Source: Eledone cirrhosa
Taxonomy: Eukaryota
DNA: 64,000 nucleotides
Assembly: GCA_964016885.1 (NCBI GenBank)
Contig: OZ024740.1
Location: forward strand, 234,608,001 to 234,672,000
Direction of reading: 5' to 3'
In this document: positions 1-9,385 of the stretch, piece by piece
Position numbering within the stretch: the stretch's first letter is position 1
Layout: each line of letters starts with the position of its first letter
Made by a program: the position numbers and the translations under genes
Notes under the pieces: model-generated
The model's database searches: none
What the model was told of the DNA's origin: nothing
The model's input: only the letters and a program-made list of their open reading frames with translations

Positions 1-463
1 ATCCCACACAGTCCCAGCGTGCATCTAAGATCCCGTTCCAGTCGCCCACTAACACTAAAGAGCGCGACGTTCCAAGAAAGGTCTCCAGACGCCGGAAGAA
101 ATCAGGCCGCCCTGCTCCTGTCGGGGCATAGACGGCCACTAGCCTGAAAGCTTGCCCGTCTCCGCTGGTCACGTCCAGCACCACCAGCTTACCCTCTGGG
201 TCCAGGAAGATGGCCCGTATGGCGAGATCCAAACCTCTCCGAAAAAGCACAGCAACTCCTCCACCCGATCCAGGACGGCTGGGAGATGCGTACACATCGT
301 AGCCGCCGAAGATCGGTGCGAAGGCCCGTGCTTCGGAGATTCTGGTCTCGCTGATGGCCACTACATCTATGTTTAGTGACCTGAGGTCGTTGAGCAGGTG
401 ACCCTGCTTCCATGACGACCCCAAGCCACGCGCATTTATGCTGCCTATTCTGAGTGAGGTCAT
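1..463 (-). CDS. Tx1 ORF2 N-terminus (APE endonuclease), cut by the window edge
   Basis: Same sequence as 6054-6516 (MTSLRIGSINARGL...GDWN). Confidence 0.9.
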   Translation of the reverse strand, partial: MTSLRIGSINARGLGSSWKQGHLLNDLRSLNIDVVAISETRISEARAFAPIFGGYDVYASPSRPGSGGGVAVLFRRGLDLAIRAIFLDPEGKLVVLDVTSGDGQAFRLVAVYAPTGAGRPDFFRRLETFLGTSRSLVLVGDWNGILDARWDCVG

Positions 464-498
464 GTTTAAAATAGAGTGGAAAAGATGGGAAAGACCAC

Positions 499-2640
499 TT
501 ACCGTATTTTTGGTAGAGGAGGGATGGTTTTTACATCCCTTTTCACTTGATCGTCTGGTGAAGGGACCGTTGAATCGTCCCTTCGGCTGGTCGTCGGCTC
601 TTCTAAGAGAATGTCTGAATATACTCTTCGATTAATGGTTCCTCCTAGGTCCCTGAAATCACCAACTGCGTTGGGGAATTTCGTTTTAATGTTTGTGTAT
701 TGTTTCTGTGCTATTTTTAGCAGTCTTATGTTAGTTGGCGTTTTGATTGGTGCTGGTATTATGTAGTCCTGTTGTGAAATGTCTGTGTGTTCAATTATGT
801 AAGTCATTAGTTTCTTGTTGTGTGTGTTTATTGCCGTGCATTTGTTTTTCTGGGGGTGGGGTGTGGTTCTGCTATTTTCTTGTCGTTGTTGCTGGGTGTG
901 TGTGTTTTGTTGTTGTGTTTGCGATGTTGGTGCTTGTGGTGGTGGTGTTGAAGGTGTTGTTGGCGGTGGGGTTGTCGCCGGTGGTGATGGTGGTGCTGGT
1001 GTGGGTGGTGATGGTGTTGGTGGTGTTGCTGCTGTGGGTCTCTTTGCAGTAGACTTTACCCTTTTCTCATTTCTTTCCTCCCTTTTCAAAGGCGACGATG
1101 CGCTGCTTCTGCGTTTGTGCCTTCTTGAGACCTTTTGCCATCCCTCTCCCACCTCACACTCCATGTCTGATTCTGTAAGGTCGGGGAGGGGTACCAGCTC
1201 CACTCTTTCACTTGTTGTTGTTGGTGATGTTTGCACTGGAGTCTCTGTTGCAGCTGCATTTGGTATTGCTGTTGTTGTTGTTAATATTTCCACTGCTGCT
1301 GCTGTCTTTGATTTCCGTGGAGTGGGTATGGGTGCCACGGACCTATCGTTCCTGGTTGCCGCTTGTCCTGTTGCTGGTAGCCGTGGAACCGGATTCGGGA
1401 GGAGGGGGGTTTTCTCCTTTCTCAGGGTCTTCTCGTTGCAGAAGGCCCTGAGGTGAGTCTTCGATCCACAGCGAAAGCATTTCGGGCGTTTGCCCTCAAC
1501 ACTTATGGGCAGTTGAGTGCCGTTATCGAAGTCTATCACATCCGGGATAGCTTCGATGCACTCCTGGTTGGTTTGGATTAGCATCTCAATGGAGGAGCCG
1601 ACCCAATCTTCTCTTACTTTTTTCTGTACTTGCAGTACAGTTGTTTTGTCCTCGATTCCGACGAGGACAGACGCGGCCAGCCAAGAAGGGGTCATTCCGG
1701 GGGGGACGTGGGTCAGTTTGACCCTCACAATTTTTTGCCCGCAGTAGGAGGGCACCAACACCATTTCCTCGCTCCTTAGGGTCACTACTGATTGGGCCTT
1801 TGCCTCCTGGGGTGTGGCAAAAAGTACGTCTACGGTGGCGTATTTTTTGCCTCGGGTGATGTGCGTTTTCCTCTGCCACACAGACCCCAAGGCTTTTTGT
1901 ATTTGGGCCTCTGTGGCTCTTTCCACCCTACGGGATTTTGTACTTACTGTACGGTACGTGACCGTACAGTGCTCTTGGGTTTCGAAAAAATTTTTCGCTG
2001 CCTTGCAGATTGCTCGGTGTCCGTTCTTTGTCACCATCTTCTTCGCTTCCTCTAATTCCTCATTTGTTATGAGGATTGTTTCCAGGTTTTTCGCAATACC
2101 TGCAAATGAGATTGGTTTTTCTCTGCTGTTGTTGTTGTCGTCAGAGCTGCTGGTACTTTTGTTGTTGCTGCAGGTACTACGACTACTGCCTCCGCCGCTG
2201 TTGCTGTGGTTGTTGTTGGTGTTGCTGCTGCTAATGCTGTTGTTGTTTATGCTGCTGGTGATGCTGTTGCGGCTGCTACTGTTGTTTTCATTGTCACTGT
2301 TGCTGTTGTTATTACGGCTGCTACTGCTATTATTCCTGACGTCAGACGAATGAACTGGGTTTTCGTATTTCCCGCACACCTGTTTCGTCGCTGTCGTCGT
2401 CGTCGTGGAGAAACCTTGCACGCTTTGCACGAGACTTTTCTTTTCTTTCGTCGCTTGCGAAAGAGAAGGTAGGGAGAGAGACACATTTAAAGAAGGGAGG
2501 GAGAGAGACAATCTTCTCTCTCCTGTAGTGATGATTGAGGAAGAAGAAGACGGAATGAGTGGGAGTGACGTATGAAATTTTTTTTTTTTTGGTAGCCATG
2601 TTTTTTTGTTTAAAATGAAATTTTGGGTACAAAACCCCAA
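499..2640 (-). CDS. Tx1 ORF1p (gag-like nucleic-acid-binding protein), copy 1; true start uncertain
   Basis: 713-codon open frame with a CCHC knuckle CFRCGSKTHLRAFC plus Asn/Ser- and Pro/Thr-rich regions. The track start is TTG; the first in-frame ATG is only ~200 codons in. Confidence 0.85.
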   Translation of the reverse strand: MGFCTQNFILNKKTWLPKKKKFHTSLPLIPSSSSSIITTGERRLSLSLPSLNVSLSLPSLSQATKEKKSLVQSVQGFSTTTTTATKQVCGKYENPVHSSDVRNNSSSSRNNNSNSDNENNSSSRNSITSSINNNSISSSNTNNNHSNSGGGSSRSTCSNNKSTSSSDDNNNSREKPISFAGIAKNLETILITNEELEEAKKMVTKNGHRAICKAAKNFFETQEHCTVTYRTVSTKSRRVERATEAQIQKALGSVWQRKTHITRGKKYATVDVLFATPQEAKAQSVVTLRSEEMVLVPSYCGQKIVRVKLTHVPPGMTPSWLAASVLVGIEDKTTVLQVQKKVREDWVGSSIEMLIQTNQECIEAIPDVIDFDNGTQLPISVEGKRPKCFRCGSKTHLRAFCNEKTLRKEKTPLLPNPVPRLPATGQAATRNDRSVAPIPTPRKSKTAAAVEILTTTTAIPNAAATETPVQTSPTTTSERVELVPLPDLTESDMECEVGEGWQKVSRRHKRRSSASSPLKREERNEKRVKSTAKRPTAATPPTPSPPTPAPPSPPATTPPPTTPSTPPPQAPTSQTQQQNTHTQQQRQENSRTTPHPQKNKCTAINTHNKKLMTYIIEHTDISQQDYIIPAPIKTPTNIRLLKIAQKQYTNIKTKFPNAVGDFRDLGGTINRRVYSDILLEEPTTSRRDDSTVPSPDDQVKRDVKTIPPLPKIR
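2342..2599 (-). CDS. 85-aa ATG-initiated ORF overlapping the ORF1 5' end out of frame (also 8395-8652 and 14684-14941)
   Basis: ATG GCT ACC followed by A13; MATKKKKISY...KPSSFV*. Open in all three copies. Confidence 0.4.
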   Translation of the reverse strand: MATKKKKISYVTPTHSVFFFLNHHYRREKIVSLPPFFKCVSLPTFSFASDERKEKSRAKRARFLHDDDDSDETGVREIRKPSSFV

Positions 2641-2648
2641 TAACTGGC

Positions 2649-2798
2649 TATTTAACCCCGAAGGGCCAAATAACGGACAGAAAGACCCCTCTCACGAGGA
2701 GGAGGGTGTCTTTATCAACAATTTGGTTCAAGTTTTAAACAATTTACAATTGTTTTAACGGTTAAAAATTACTATACCTTACAGAGCCGAGCCTCCGT
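2649..2798 (-). promoter_or_regulatory. Structured 5' UTR of the Tx1 element (series of stem-loops including a cUUCGg tetraloop)
   Basis: Minus-strand UAUUUGGCCC-UUCG-GGGUUAAAUA (2649-2672), AAAGAC..GUCUUU (2681-2713), AAACAAUU-GUA-AAUUGUUU (2737-2755), ACGGAG-GCUCGG-CUCUGU (2781-2798). Confidence 0.55.
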
Positions 2799-3096
2799 CA
2801 ACCATGGCATTCAATAATAATAATAATAATAATGATTTCTTTATTAACCACAAGGGTTTACATAAAGTAGACATTAAGGACAGTGCAGGACAATGCAGGA
2901 CGGTACAAATGGGCATTTCTGCGTGTAAAAAAAACAAAAATAGAGGATGTAACAAAAATAACAATGAAAATAACAATGAAAAATTCCCCAATAGGGGGGA
3001 GACTTCGGAGGAACATTTGTGGAGAAAGCCCAGTAAAAAGCCACAATGACCCTGACCACCAAGGCAAGTGCCCTCTCCCAGTTTTCCACCTTTAGT

Positions 3097-6000
3097 TTAC
3101 AGATATATACTCAGAGTCGGCCCATTCACTCGGGCCATTCTTGCTTCTCTCACCCATCTTTCAACAAAATGCTGGGAAGAGAGCACTTCCTTCTCTACTC
3201 TGATTTTCCTTTTCAAATGAAATTTGAAAAAGTCAATCAGAGCATCACCGAAGAGGTAAGTGCTCGTCTTCAGCCCTTTCAAACGTGTCCACCATACTAT
3301 CTCTTTCGCCATGGCCACCAGACAGATAAAAACTGCCTGCCCTTCCCGGCTAAAGGAGGAGGGCGGGGCAATCCTCACGATAGACTCAGATGATAGCTGG
3401 ATCCGTCCTAAACGCGACAGCAGGTGTTCGACATAAACCCACAAGTCAGCAATTTTCGGACACTGGACGAGTGCGTGCAGGACGGTTTCGTCGCCCTGCG
3501 CGCATCTCGGACATGCCCGGCTGACGGCACCTCCATGCCTGTAGAGTTTATCCCGAACTGGCAAGGCTCCTCGGTAGCACTGCCAGGCCAGAGATTTCTG
3601 GAAGTTGTCCATAGGCCCTGGCCCGAAGGTTCTTCCGAAGAGATTGGCTAGTTGATTTTCGTCGACGCCTAGAGTTTCCCCAAGTACGTCGTCGCTCTTC
3701 CCCTCCACTAATCCTCTATAGAACGCCGAGGTGGAGTTTCCACCGATCACATTGCCCGATTGGTCGAGGGCTGTGAGCGCCTGAAAACATTCCAGTCTCC
3801 AGGCGCTCCCTCTCGGTCTTCGCTTGACCCAGGACTGCAGCTCCGTCAAGGAAACGAGCTGGGGAAAAACGCGTCTAGCAAACGGCGACCACACCTGATC
3901 ACCGTCGAGGAAGAGGTGGAGATGTCGTAGCCTGAGCGCGTGCCTGCGCATCATCAGCCACGGCATGCCCAGCCCTCCACGTAGCGGGTGTTGACAACAG
4001 ATGGACCGCCTGACCATCGGAGCACGTCCCTTCCACAAAAAGCGAAAGAGCAAACGCTCCAGCGCAGTCAGGCGAGGCTTAGGACAAGGTACGACGGTTA
4101 GGCGGTAGCAGATGACAGACGCGATGTACGCGTTAGCCACCTCCGCTCGACCTTTCAGGGATAGCTTCCTCTCCGCCCATTTCTGGGTGAGAGAAGCCAC
4201 CCTGCTCGTCACCTCGTCCCAGTTTTTGTCCGTCTGGAGGTCCGGACCGAACCAGACCCCTAGCAATTTAACCGGTCCGTCCGTCCAGCGCCCGACGACG
4301 CTGTTGGACGGCATGGACCTGCCTCTCCAGGTGCCGAGCTGCAGGCCCACTGACTTTTCCTGGTTGATCATTGCTCCTGTCACCGCTTCGTATTCTCTTA
4401 GTGTAGTGCCGATCGCCTCGATGTGTTTGGCGTTCGACACCACTACGGTGACATCGTCCGCATATGCTGACACGGATCTTCCGCATCCTAGTTCGCGCGG
4501 GACTCCCCTCAACGTCTCCAGTTTGTGCAGTAATGGCTCGAGAGTCAATACGTACAAGAGGGACGAGAGGGGACATCCTTGGCGGACCGAGCGCATGATG
4601 TTGAACGGTTCCGACAGGTGACCGTTCACTCTCACCACAGAGCAGATGTCGCTGTGCATGGCAGCGATCCAGCCTCTGAAGACGGGCCCAAAGCCAGCCG
4701 CCCTCAGGACTGCCGCTAGGTAACGATGGTCGACCCTATCGAAAGCTTTCGACTGATCTAAATTGATCAAGGACCCACCCGTGCCAGGTTCCCTAGCTAC
4801 CCTCTCTACGATGTATCGCATGAGGTGGAGGTTGTCGTGGATGGATCTGTCGGGAATGGCGCATGTCTGCGCCTCTCCCACCAGACCACCAACGACAAGC
4901 GCCAACCTCTTTGCTAGCACCTTGGCCAAAATCTTAAACTCTGTGTTTAGCAGAGTTATGGGCCGGAAATTGTCTATGTTATCCCCCTTGTTCGGATCCT
5001 TTCTCAGCAGTGCCACCGCTCCTCGGCTCACAGAACTGGGAATTCTCCCGTTCTGTTGCCAGTTGCAGTAGACGTCCGCCAAGAGGCCTCCGAACAAGTC
5101 TGGCATCTGTACGTAAAGTTCATAGGGCAGACCATCCAAACCAGGCGATTTACCCCTTGTGCAGCCAGTCATTGCCTCCCGTACTTCAGCGGCTGTTATC
5201 GGCTTTTCGCAACACTTCGCCTCAGTGGCCGAGAGCCGCGGCAGTCCGTCGAGGTAGACACTAAAGTCCATCCCTCTACCCGGCCCCCCGCTGCCCCCGA
5301 ACAGCTGAGCGAAGTGTCGCTGAAAAGCTTCACACATTTGCCCGGGATCGAGTAGCATGCGCCCGTCGTGGTCCACCAAAGACCGGATCGTGGCTTTGTT
5401 GCCACGACGCGCCTCCGCCACTCGGGCCCATTGAACGGCTTTCGTCCCCTCGTGTCTGAGAGCACGCACCCTAGCTCTGACAACGCAGCCTTCGTGCTTT
5501 GCATTGAAGAATTGGTCAAGGGCCAATTTCGCCGCAAGCACGTCGGTCGCAATGCCTTTGCTAAGCGCCTCGTCTAATTTTCTAACTAGTTCTCCCTCTG
5601 CTCTATTTTTCTCTATTGCTAAAGCCTTACTAAACCTAATCGATTCTATTCTAATCGCTCTTTTCAGAGCAAACCACCACTTGTTGTTGACGATGGCCCC
5701 CGTCAACGCCCGCTTAACTAGTTCGCTAATCCGGTCTCTGTAGGCCTTGCGCGCTGGTAAGGACGCGTTTAGCTTCCAGTAGCCGGGTCCTCGTCTATGA
5801 AGCCTATCTAAGTCAAGCACACAGATCACGAATTTGTGGTCCGTGTAGCTGACTATCTTGAATTGTGGACAGCCTATGCTAGACCTATCTATTTCCCTAC
5901 AAAATACTCTATCTAGATATGATCTGGATGACCCTATGCGGTTTGTCCAAGTCCACATTGGCACATTCGGGAAATCCAATCGGTACCTGTCAGACAGTTC

Positions 6001-6516
6001 AAAACGCCTGAGCAGGTTGGTGAGGCTCTTGCACCCTCCACCCCTATCCGCTAATCCCACACAGTCCCAGCGTGCATCTAAGATCCCGTTCCAGTCGCCC
6101 ACTAACACTAAAGAGCGCGACGTTCCAAGAAAGGTCTCCAGACGCCGGAAGAAATCAGGCCGCCCTGCTCCTGTCGGGGCATAGACGGCCACTAGCCTGA
6201 AAGCTTGCCCGTCTCCGCTGGTCACGTCCAGCACCACCAGCTTACCCTCTGGGTCCAGGAAGATGGCCCGTATGGCGAGATCCAAACCTCTCCGAAAAAG
6301 CACAGCAACTCCTCCACCCGATCCAGGACGGCTGGGAGATGCGTACACATCGTAGCCGCCGAAGATCGGTGCGAAGGCCCGTGCTTCGGAGATTCTGGTC
6401 TCGCTGATGGCCACTACATCTATGTTTAGTGACCTGAGGTCGTTGAGCAGGTGACCCTGCTTCCATGACGACCCCAAGCCACGCGCATTTATGCTGCCTA
6501 TTCTGAGTGAGGTCAT
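3097..6516 (-). CDS. Tx1 ORF2p: APE endonuclease, reverse transcriptase and C-terminal CCHC
   Basis: 1139 aa. Motifs SINARG, ISET, GDWN, SYLDR, TDH; KSPGLDG, FRPITLLN, DQSKAFDRV, VRQGCPLS, YADD; CPRC...HALVQC. Confidence 0.96.
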   Translation of the reverse strand: MTSLRIGSINARGLGSSWKQGHLLNDLRSLNIDVVAISETRISEARAFAPIFGGYDVYASPSRPGSGGGVAVLFRRGLDLAIRAIFLDPEGKLVVLDVTSGDGQAFRLVAVYAPTGAGRPDFFRRLETFLGTSRSLVLVGDWNGILDARWDCVGLADRGGGCKSLTNLLRRFELSDRYRLDFPNVPMWTWTNRIGSSRSYLDRVFCREIDRSSIGCPQFKIVSYTDHKFVICVLDLDRLHRRGPGYWKLNASLPARKAYRDRISELVKRALTGAIVNNKWWFALKRAIRIESIRFSKALAIEKNRAEGELVRKLDEALSKGIATDVLAAKLALDQFFNAKHEGCVVRARVRALRHEGTKAVQWARVAEARRGNKATIRSLVDHDGRMLLDPGQMCEAFQRHFAQLFGGSGGPGRGMDFSVYLDGLPRLSATEAKCCEKPITAAEVREAMTGCTRGKSPGLDGLPYELYVQMPDLFGGLLADVYCNWQQNGRIPSSVSRGAVALLRKDPNKGDNIDNFRPITLLNTEFKILAKVLAKRLALVVGGLVGEAQTCAIPDRSIHDNLHLMRYIVERVAREPGTGGSLINLDQSKAFDRVDHRYLAAVLRAAGFGPVFRGWIAAMHSDICSVVRVNGHLSEPFNIMRSVRQGCPLSSLLYVLTLEPLLHKLETLRGVPRELGCGRSVSAYADDVTVVVSNAKHIEAIGTTLREYEAVTGAMINQEKSVGLQLGTWRGRSMPSNSVVGRWTDGPVKLLGVWFGPDLQTDKNWDEVTSRVASLTQKWAERKLSLKGRAEVANAYIASVICYRLTVVPCPKPRLTALERLLFRFLWKGRAPMVRRSICCQHPLRGGLGMPWLMMRRHALRLRHLHLFLDGDQVWSPFARRVFPQLVSLTELQSWVKRRPRGSAWRLECFQALTALDQSGNVIGGNSTSAFYRGLVEGKSDDVLGETLGVDENQLANLFGRTFGPGPMDNFQKSLAWQCYRGALPVRDKLYRHGGAVSRACPRCAQGDETVLHALVQCPKIADLWVYVEHLLSRLGRIQLSSESIVRIAPPSSFSREGQAVFICLVAMAKEIVWWTRLKGLKTSTYLFGDALIDFFKFHLKRKIRVEKEVLSSQHFVERWVREARMARVNGPTLSIYL

Positions 6517-6551
6517 GTTTAAAATAGAGTGGAAAAGATGGGAAAGACCAC

Positions 6552-8693
6552 TTACCGTATTTTTGGTAGAGGAGGGATGGTTTTTACATCCCTTTTCACT
6601 TGATCGTCTGGTGAAGGGACCGTTGAATCGTCCCTTCGGCTGGTCGTCGGCTCTTCTAAGAGAATGTCTGAATATACTCTTCGATTAATGGTTCCTCCTA
6701 GGTCCCTGAAATCACCAACTGCGTTGGGGAATTTCGTTTTAATGTTTGTGTATTGTTTCTGTGCTATTTTTAGCAGTCTTATGTTAGTTGGCGTTTTGAT
6801 TGGTGCTGGTATTATGTAGTCCTGTTGTGAAATGTCTGTGTGTTCAATTATGTAAGTCATTAGTTTCTTGTTGTGTGTGTTTATTGCCGTGCATTTGTTT
6901 TTCTGGGGGTGGGGTGTGGTTCTGCTATTTTCTTGTCGTTGTTGCTGGGTGTGTGTGTTTTGTTGTTGTGTTTGCGATGTTGGTGCTTGTGGTGGTGGTG
7001 TTGAAGGTGTTGTTGGCGGTGGGGTTGTCGCCGGTGGTGATGGTGGTGCTGGTGTGGGTGGTGATGGTGTTGGTGGTGTTGCTGCTGTGGGTCTCTTTGC
7101 AGTAGACTTTACCCTTTTCTCATTTCTTTCCTCCCTTTTCAAAGGCGACGATGCGCTGCTTCTGCGTTTGTGCCTTCTTGAGACCTTTTGCCATCCCTCT
7201 CCCACCTCACACTCCATGTCTGATTCTGTAAGGTCGGGGAGGGGTACCAGCTCCACTCTTTCACTTGTTGTTGTTGGTGATGTTTGCACTGGAGTCTCTG
7301 TTGCAGCTGCATTTGGTATTGCTGTTGTTGTTGTTAATATTTCCACTGCTGCTGCTGTCTTTGATTTCCGTGGAGTGGGTATGGGTGCCACGGACCTATC
7401 GTTCCTGGTTGCCGCTTGTCCTGTTGCTGGTAGCCGTGGAACCGGATTCGGGAGGAGGGGGGTTTTCTCCTTTCTCAGGGTCTTCTCGTTGCAGAAGGCC
7501 CTGAGGTGAGTCTTCGATCCACAGCGAAAGCATTTCGGGCGTTTGCCCTCAACACTTATGGGCAGTTGAGTGCCGTTATCGAAGTCTATCACATCCGGGA
7601 TAGCTTCGATGCACTCCTGGTTGGTTTGGATTAGCATCTCAATGGAGGAGCCGACCCAATCTTCTCTTACTTTTTTCTGTACTTGCAGTACAGTTGTTTT
7701 GTCCTCGATTCCGACGAGGACAGACGCGGCCAGCCAAGAAGGGGTCATTCCGGGGGGGACGTGGGTCAGTTTGACCCTCACAATTTTTTGCCCGCAGTAG
7801 GAGGGCACCAACACCATTTCCTCGCTCCTTAGGGTCACTACTGATTGGGCCTTTGCCTCCTGGGGTGTGGCAAAAAGTACGTCTACGGTGGCGTATTTTT
7901 TGCCTCGGGTGATGTGCGTTTTCCTCTGCCACACAGACCCCAAGGCTTTTTGTATTTGGGCCTCTGTGGCTCTTTCCACCCTACGGGATTTTGTACTTAC
8001 TGTACGGTACGTGACCGTACAGTGCTCTTGGGTTTCGAAAAAATTTTTCGCTGCCTTGCAGATTGCTCGGTGTCCGTTCTTTGTCACCATCTTCTTCGCT
8101 TCCTCTAATTCCTCATTTGTTATGAGGATTGTTTCCAGGTTTTTCGCAATACCTGCAAATGAGATTGGTTTTTCTCTGCTGTTGTTGTTGTCGTCAGAGC
8201 TGCTGGTACTTTTGTTGTTGCTGCAGGTACTACGACTACTGCCTCCGCCGCTGTTGCTGTGGTTGTTGTTGGTGTTGCTGCTGCTAATGCTGTTGTTGTT
8301 TATGCTGCTGGTGATGCTGTTGCGGCTGCTACTGTTGTTTTCATTGTCACTGTTGCTGTTGTTATTACGGCTGCTACTGCTATTATTCCTGACGTCAGAC
8401 GAATGAACTGGGTTTTCGTATTTCCCGCACACCTGTTTCGTCGCTGTCGTCGTCGTCGTGGAGAAACCTTGCACGCTTTGCACGAGACTTTTCTTTTCTT
8501 TCGTCGCTTGCGAAAGAGAAGGTAGGGAGAGAGACACATTTAAAGAAGGGAGGGAGAGAGACAATCTTCTCTCTCCTGTAGTGATGATTGAGGAAGAAGA
8601 AGACGGAATGAGTGGGAGTGACGTATGAAATTTTTTTTTTTTTGGTAGCCATGTTTTTTTGTTTAAAATGAAATTTTGGGTACAAAACCCCAA
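6552..8693 (-). CDS. Tx1 ORF1p, copy 2
   Basis: Protein identical to copy 1 ORF1. Confidence 0.85.
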   Translation of the reverse strand: MGFCTQNFILNKKTWLPKKKKFHTSLPLIPSSSSSIITTGERRLSLSLPSLNVSLSLPSLSQATKEKKSLVQSVQGFSTTTTTATKQVCGKYENPVHSSDVRNNSSSSRNNNSNSDNENNSSSRNSITSSINNNSISSSNTNNNHSNSGGGSSRSTCSNNKSTSSSDDNNNSREKPISFAGIAKNLETILITNEELEEAKKMVTKNGHRAICKAAKNFFETQEHCTVTYRTVSTKSRRVERATEAQIQKALGSVWQRKTHITRGKKYATVDVLFATPQEAKAQSVVTLRSEEMVLVPSYCGQKIVRVKLTHVPPGMTPSWLAASVLVGIEDKTTVLQVQKKVREDWVGSSIEMLIQTNQECIEAIPDVIDFDNGTQLPISVEGKRPKCFRCGSKTHLRAFCNEKTLRKEKTPLLPNPVPRLPATGQAATRNDRSVAPIPTPRKSKTAAAVEILTTTTAIPNAAATETPVQTSPTTTSERVELVPLPDLTESDMECEVGEGWQKVSRRHKRRSSASSPLKREERNEKRVKSTAKRPTAATPPTPSPPTPAPPSPPATTPPPTTPSTPPPQAPTSQTQQQNTHTQQQRQENSRTTPHPQKNKCTAINTHNKKLMTYIIEHTDISQQDYIIPAPIKTPTNIRLLKIAQKQYTNIKTKFPNAVGDFRDLGGTINRRVYSDILLEEPTTSRRDDSTVPSPDDQVKRDVKTIPPLPKIR

Positions 8694-8865
8694 TAACTGG
8701 CTATTTAACCCCGAAGGGCCAAATAACGGACAGAAAGACCCCTCTCACGAGGAGGAGGGTGTCTTTATCAACAATTTGGTTCAAGTTTTAAACAATTTAC
8801 AATTGTTTTAACGGTTAAAAATTACTATACCTTACAGAGCCGAGCCTCCGTCAACCATGGCATTC

Positions 8866-8898
<33 letters not shown>

Positions 8899-8924
8899 AA
8901 AAAAAAAAAAAAAAAAAAGGGAAA

Positions 8925-8961
<37 letters not shown>

Positions 8962-9083
8962 TATACATATATATATATATACACGTATATATACACACAC
9001 ACATACATACACATACATACATATATACACACACACATACATACACATACACTCACACATATATACACACATACATTAATAAC

Positions 9084-9122
<39 letters not shown>
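8866..9122. repeat. 257-bp low-complexity spacer, directly repeated at 15155-15425
   Basis: (AAT)n, poly(A), GGGAAAAG, a (TA/CA) mosaic, CATTAATAAC and (AAT)n occur in the same order on both sides of copy 3. Confidence 0.9.
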
Positions 9123-9124
<2 letters not shown>

Positions 9125-9385
9125 TTTCTTTATTAACCACAAGGGTTTACATAAAGTAGACATTAAGGACAGTGCAGGACAATGCAGGACGGTACAAATG
9201 GGCATTTCTGCGTGTAAAAAACAAAAACAGAGGATGTAACAAAAATAACAATGAAAATAACAATGAAAAAAATTCCCCAATAGGGGGGAGACTTCGGAGG
9301 GACATTTGTGGAGAAAGCCCAGTAAAAAGCCACAATGACCCTGACCACCAAGGCAAGTGCCCTCTCCCAGTTTTCCACCTTTAGT

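Larger units (their letters stand above)
1..2812 (-). mobile_element. Tx1-clade non-LTR retrotransposon, copy 1 (5' UTR, ORF1 and start of ORF2; runs off the window edge)
   Basis: Appears identical to copy 2 at a 6053-bp offset. The 5' end GAATGCCATGG (minus) abuts (ATT)7. Confidence 0.93.
2834..8865 (-). mobile_element. Tx1-clade non-LTR retrotransposon, copy 2, full length (6032 bp)
   Basis: 5' UTR, ORF1, 35-bp spacer, ORF2 and a 3' UTR ending AATAAAGAAATC(ATT)n. Confidence 0.95.

Noticed and set aside
2755-2812. HDV-like ribozyme or spliced-leader/Sm-site motif at the Tx1 5' end (AGGTATAGTAATTTTTAA)
   Set aside because: No P1 partner for the 5' G-initiated strand, and the Sm-like tract lacks the closing G. 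No snRNA, tRNA or rRNA target sequence at the junctions.
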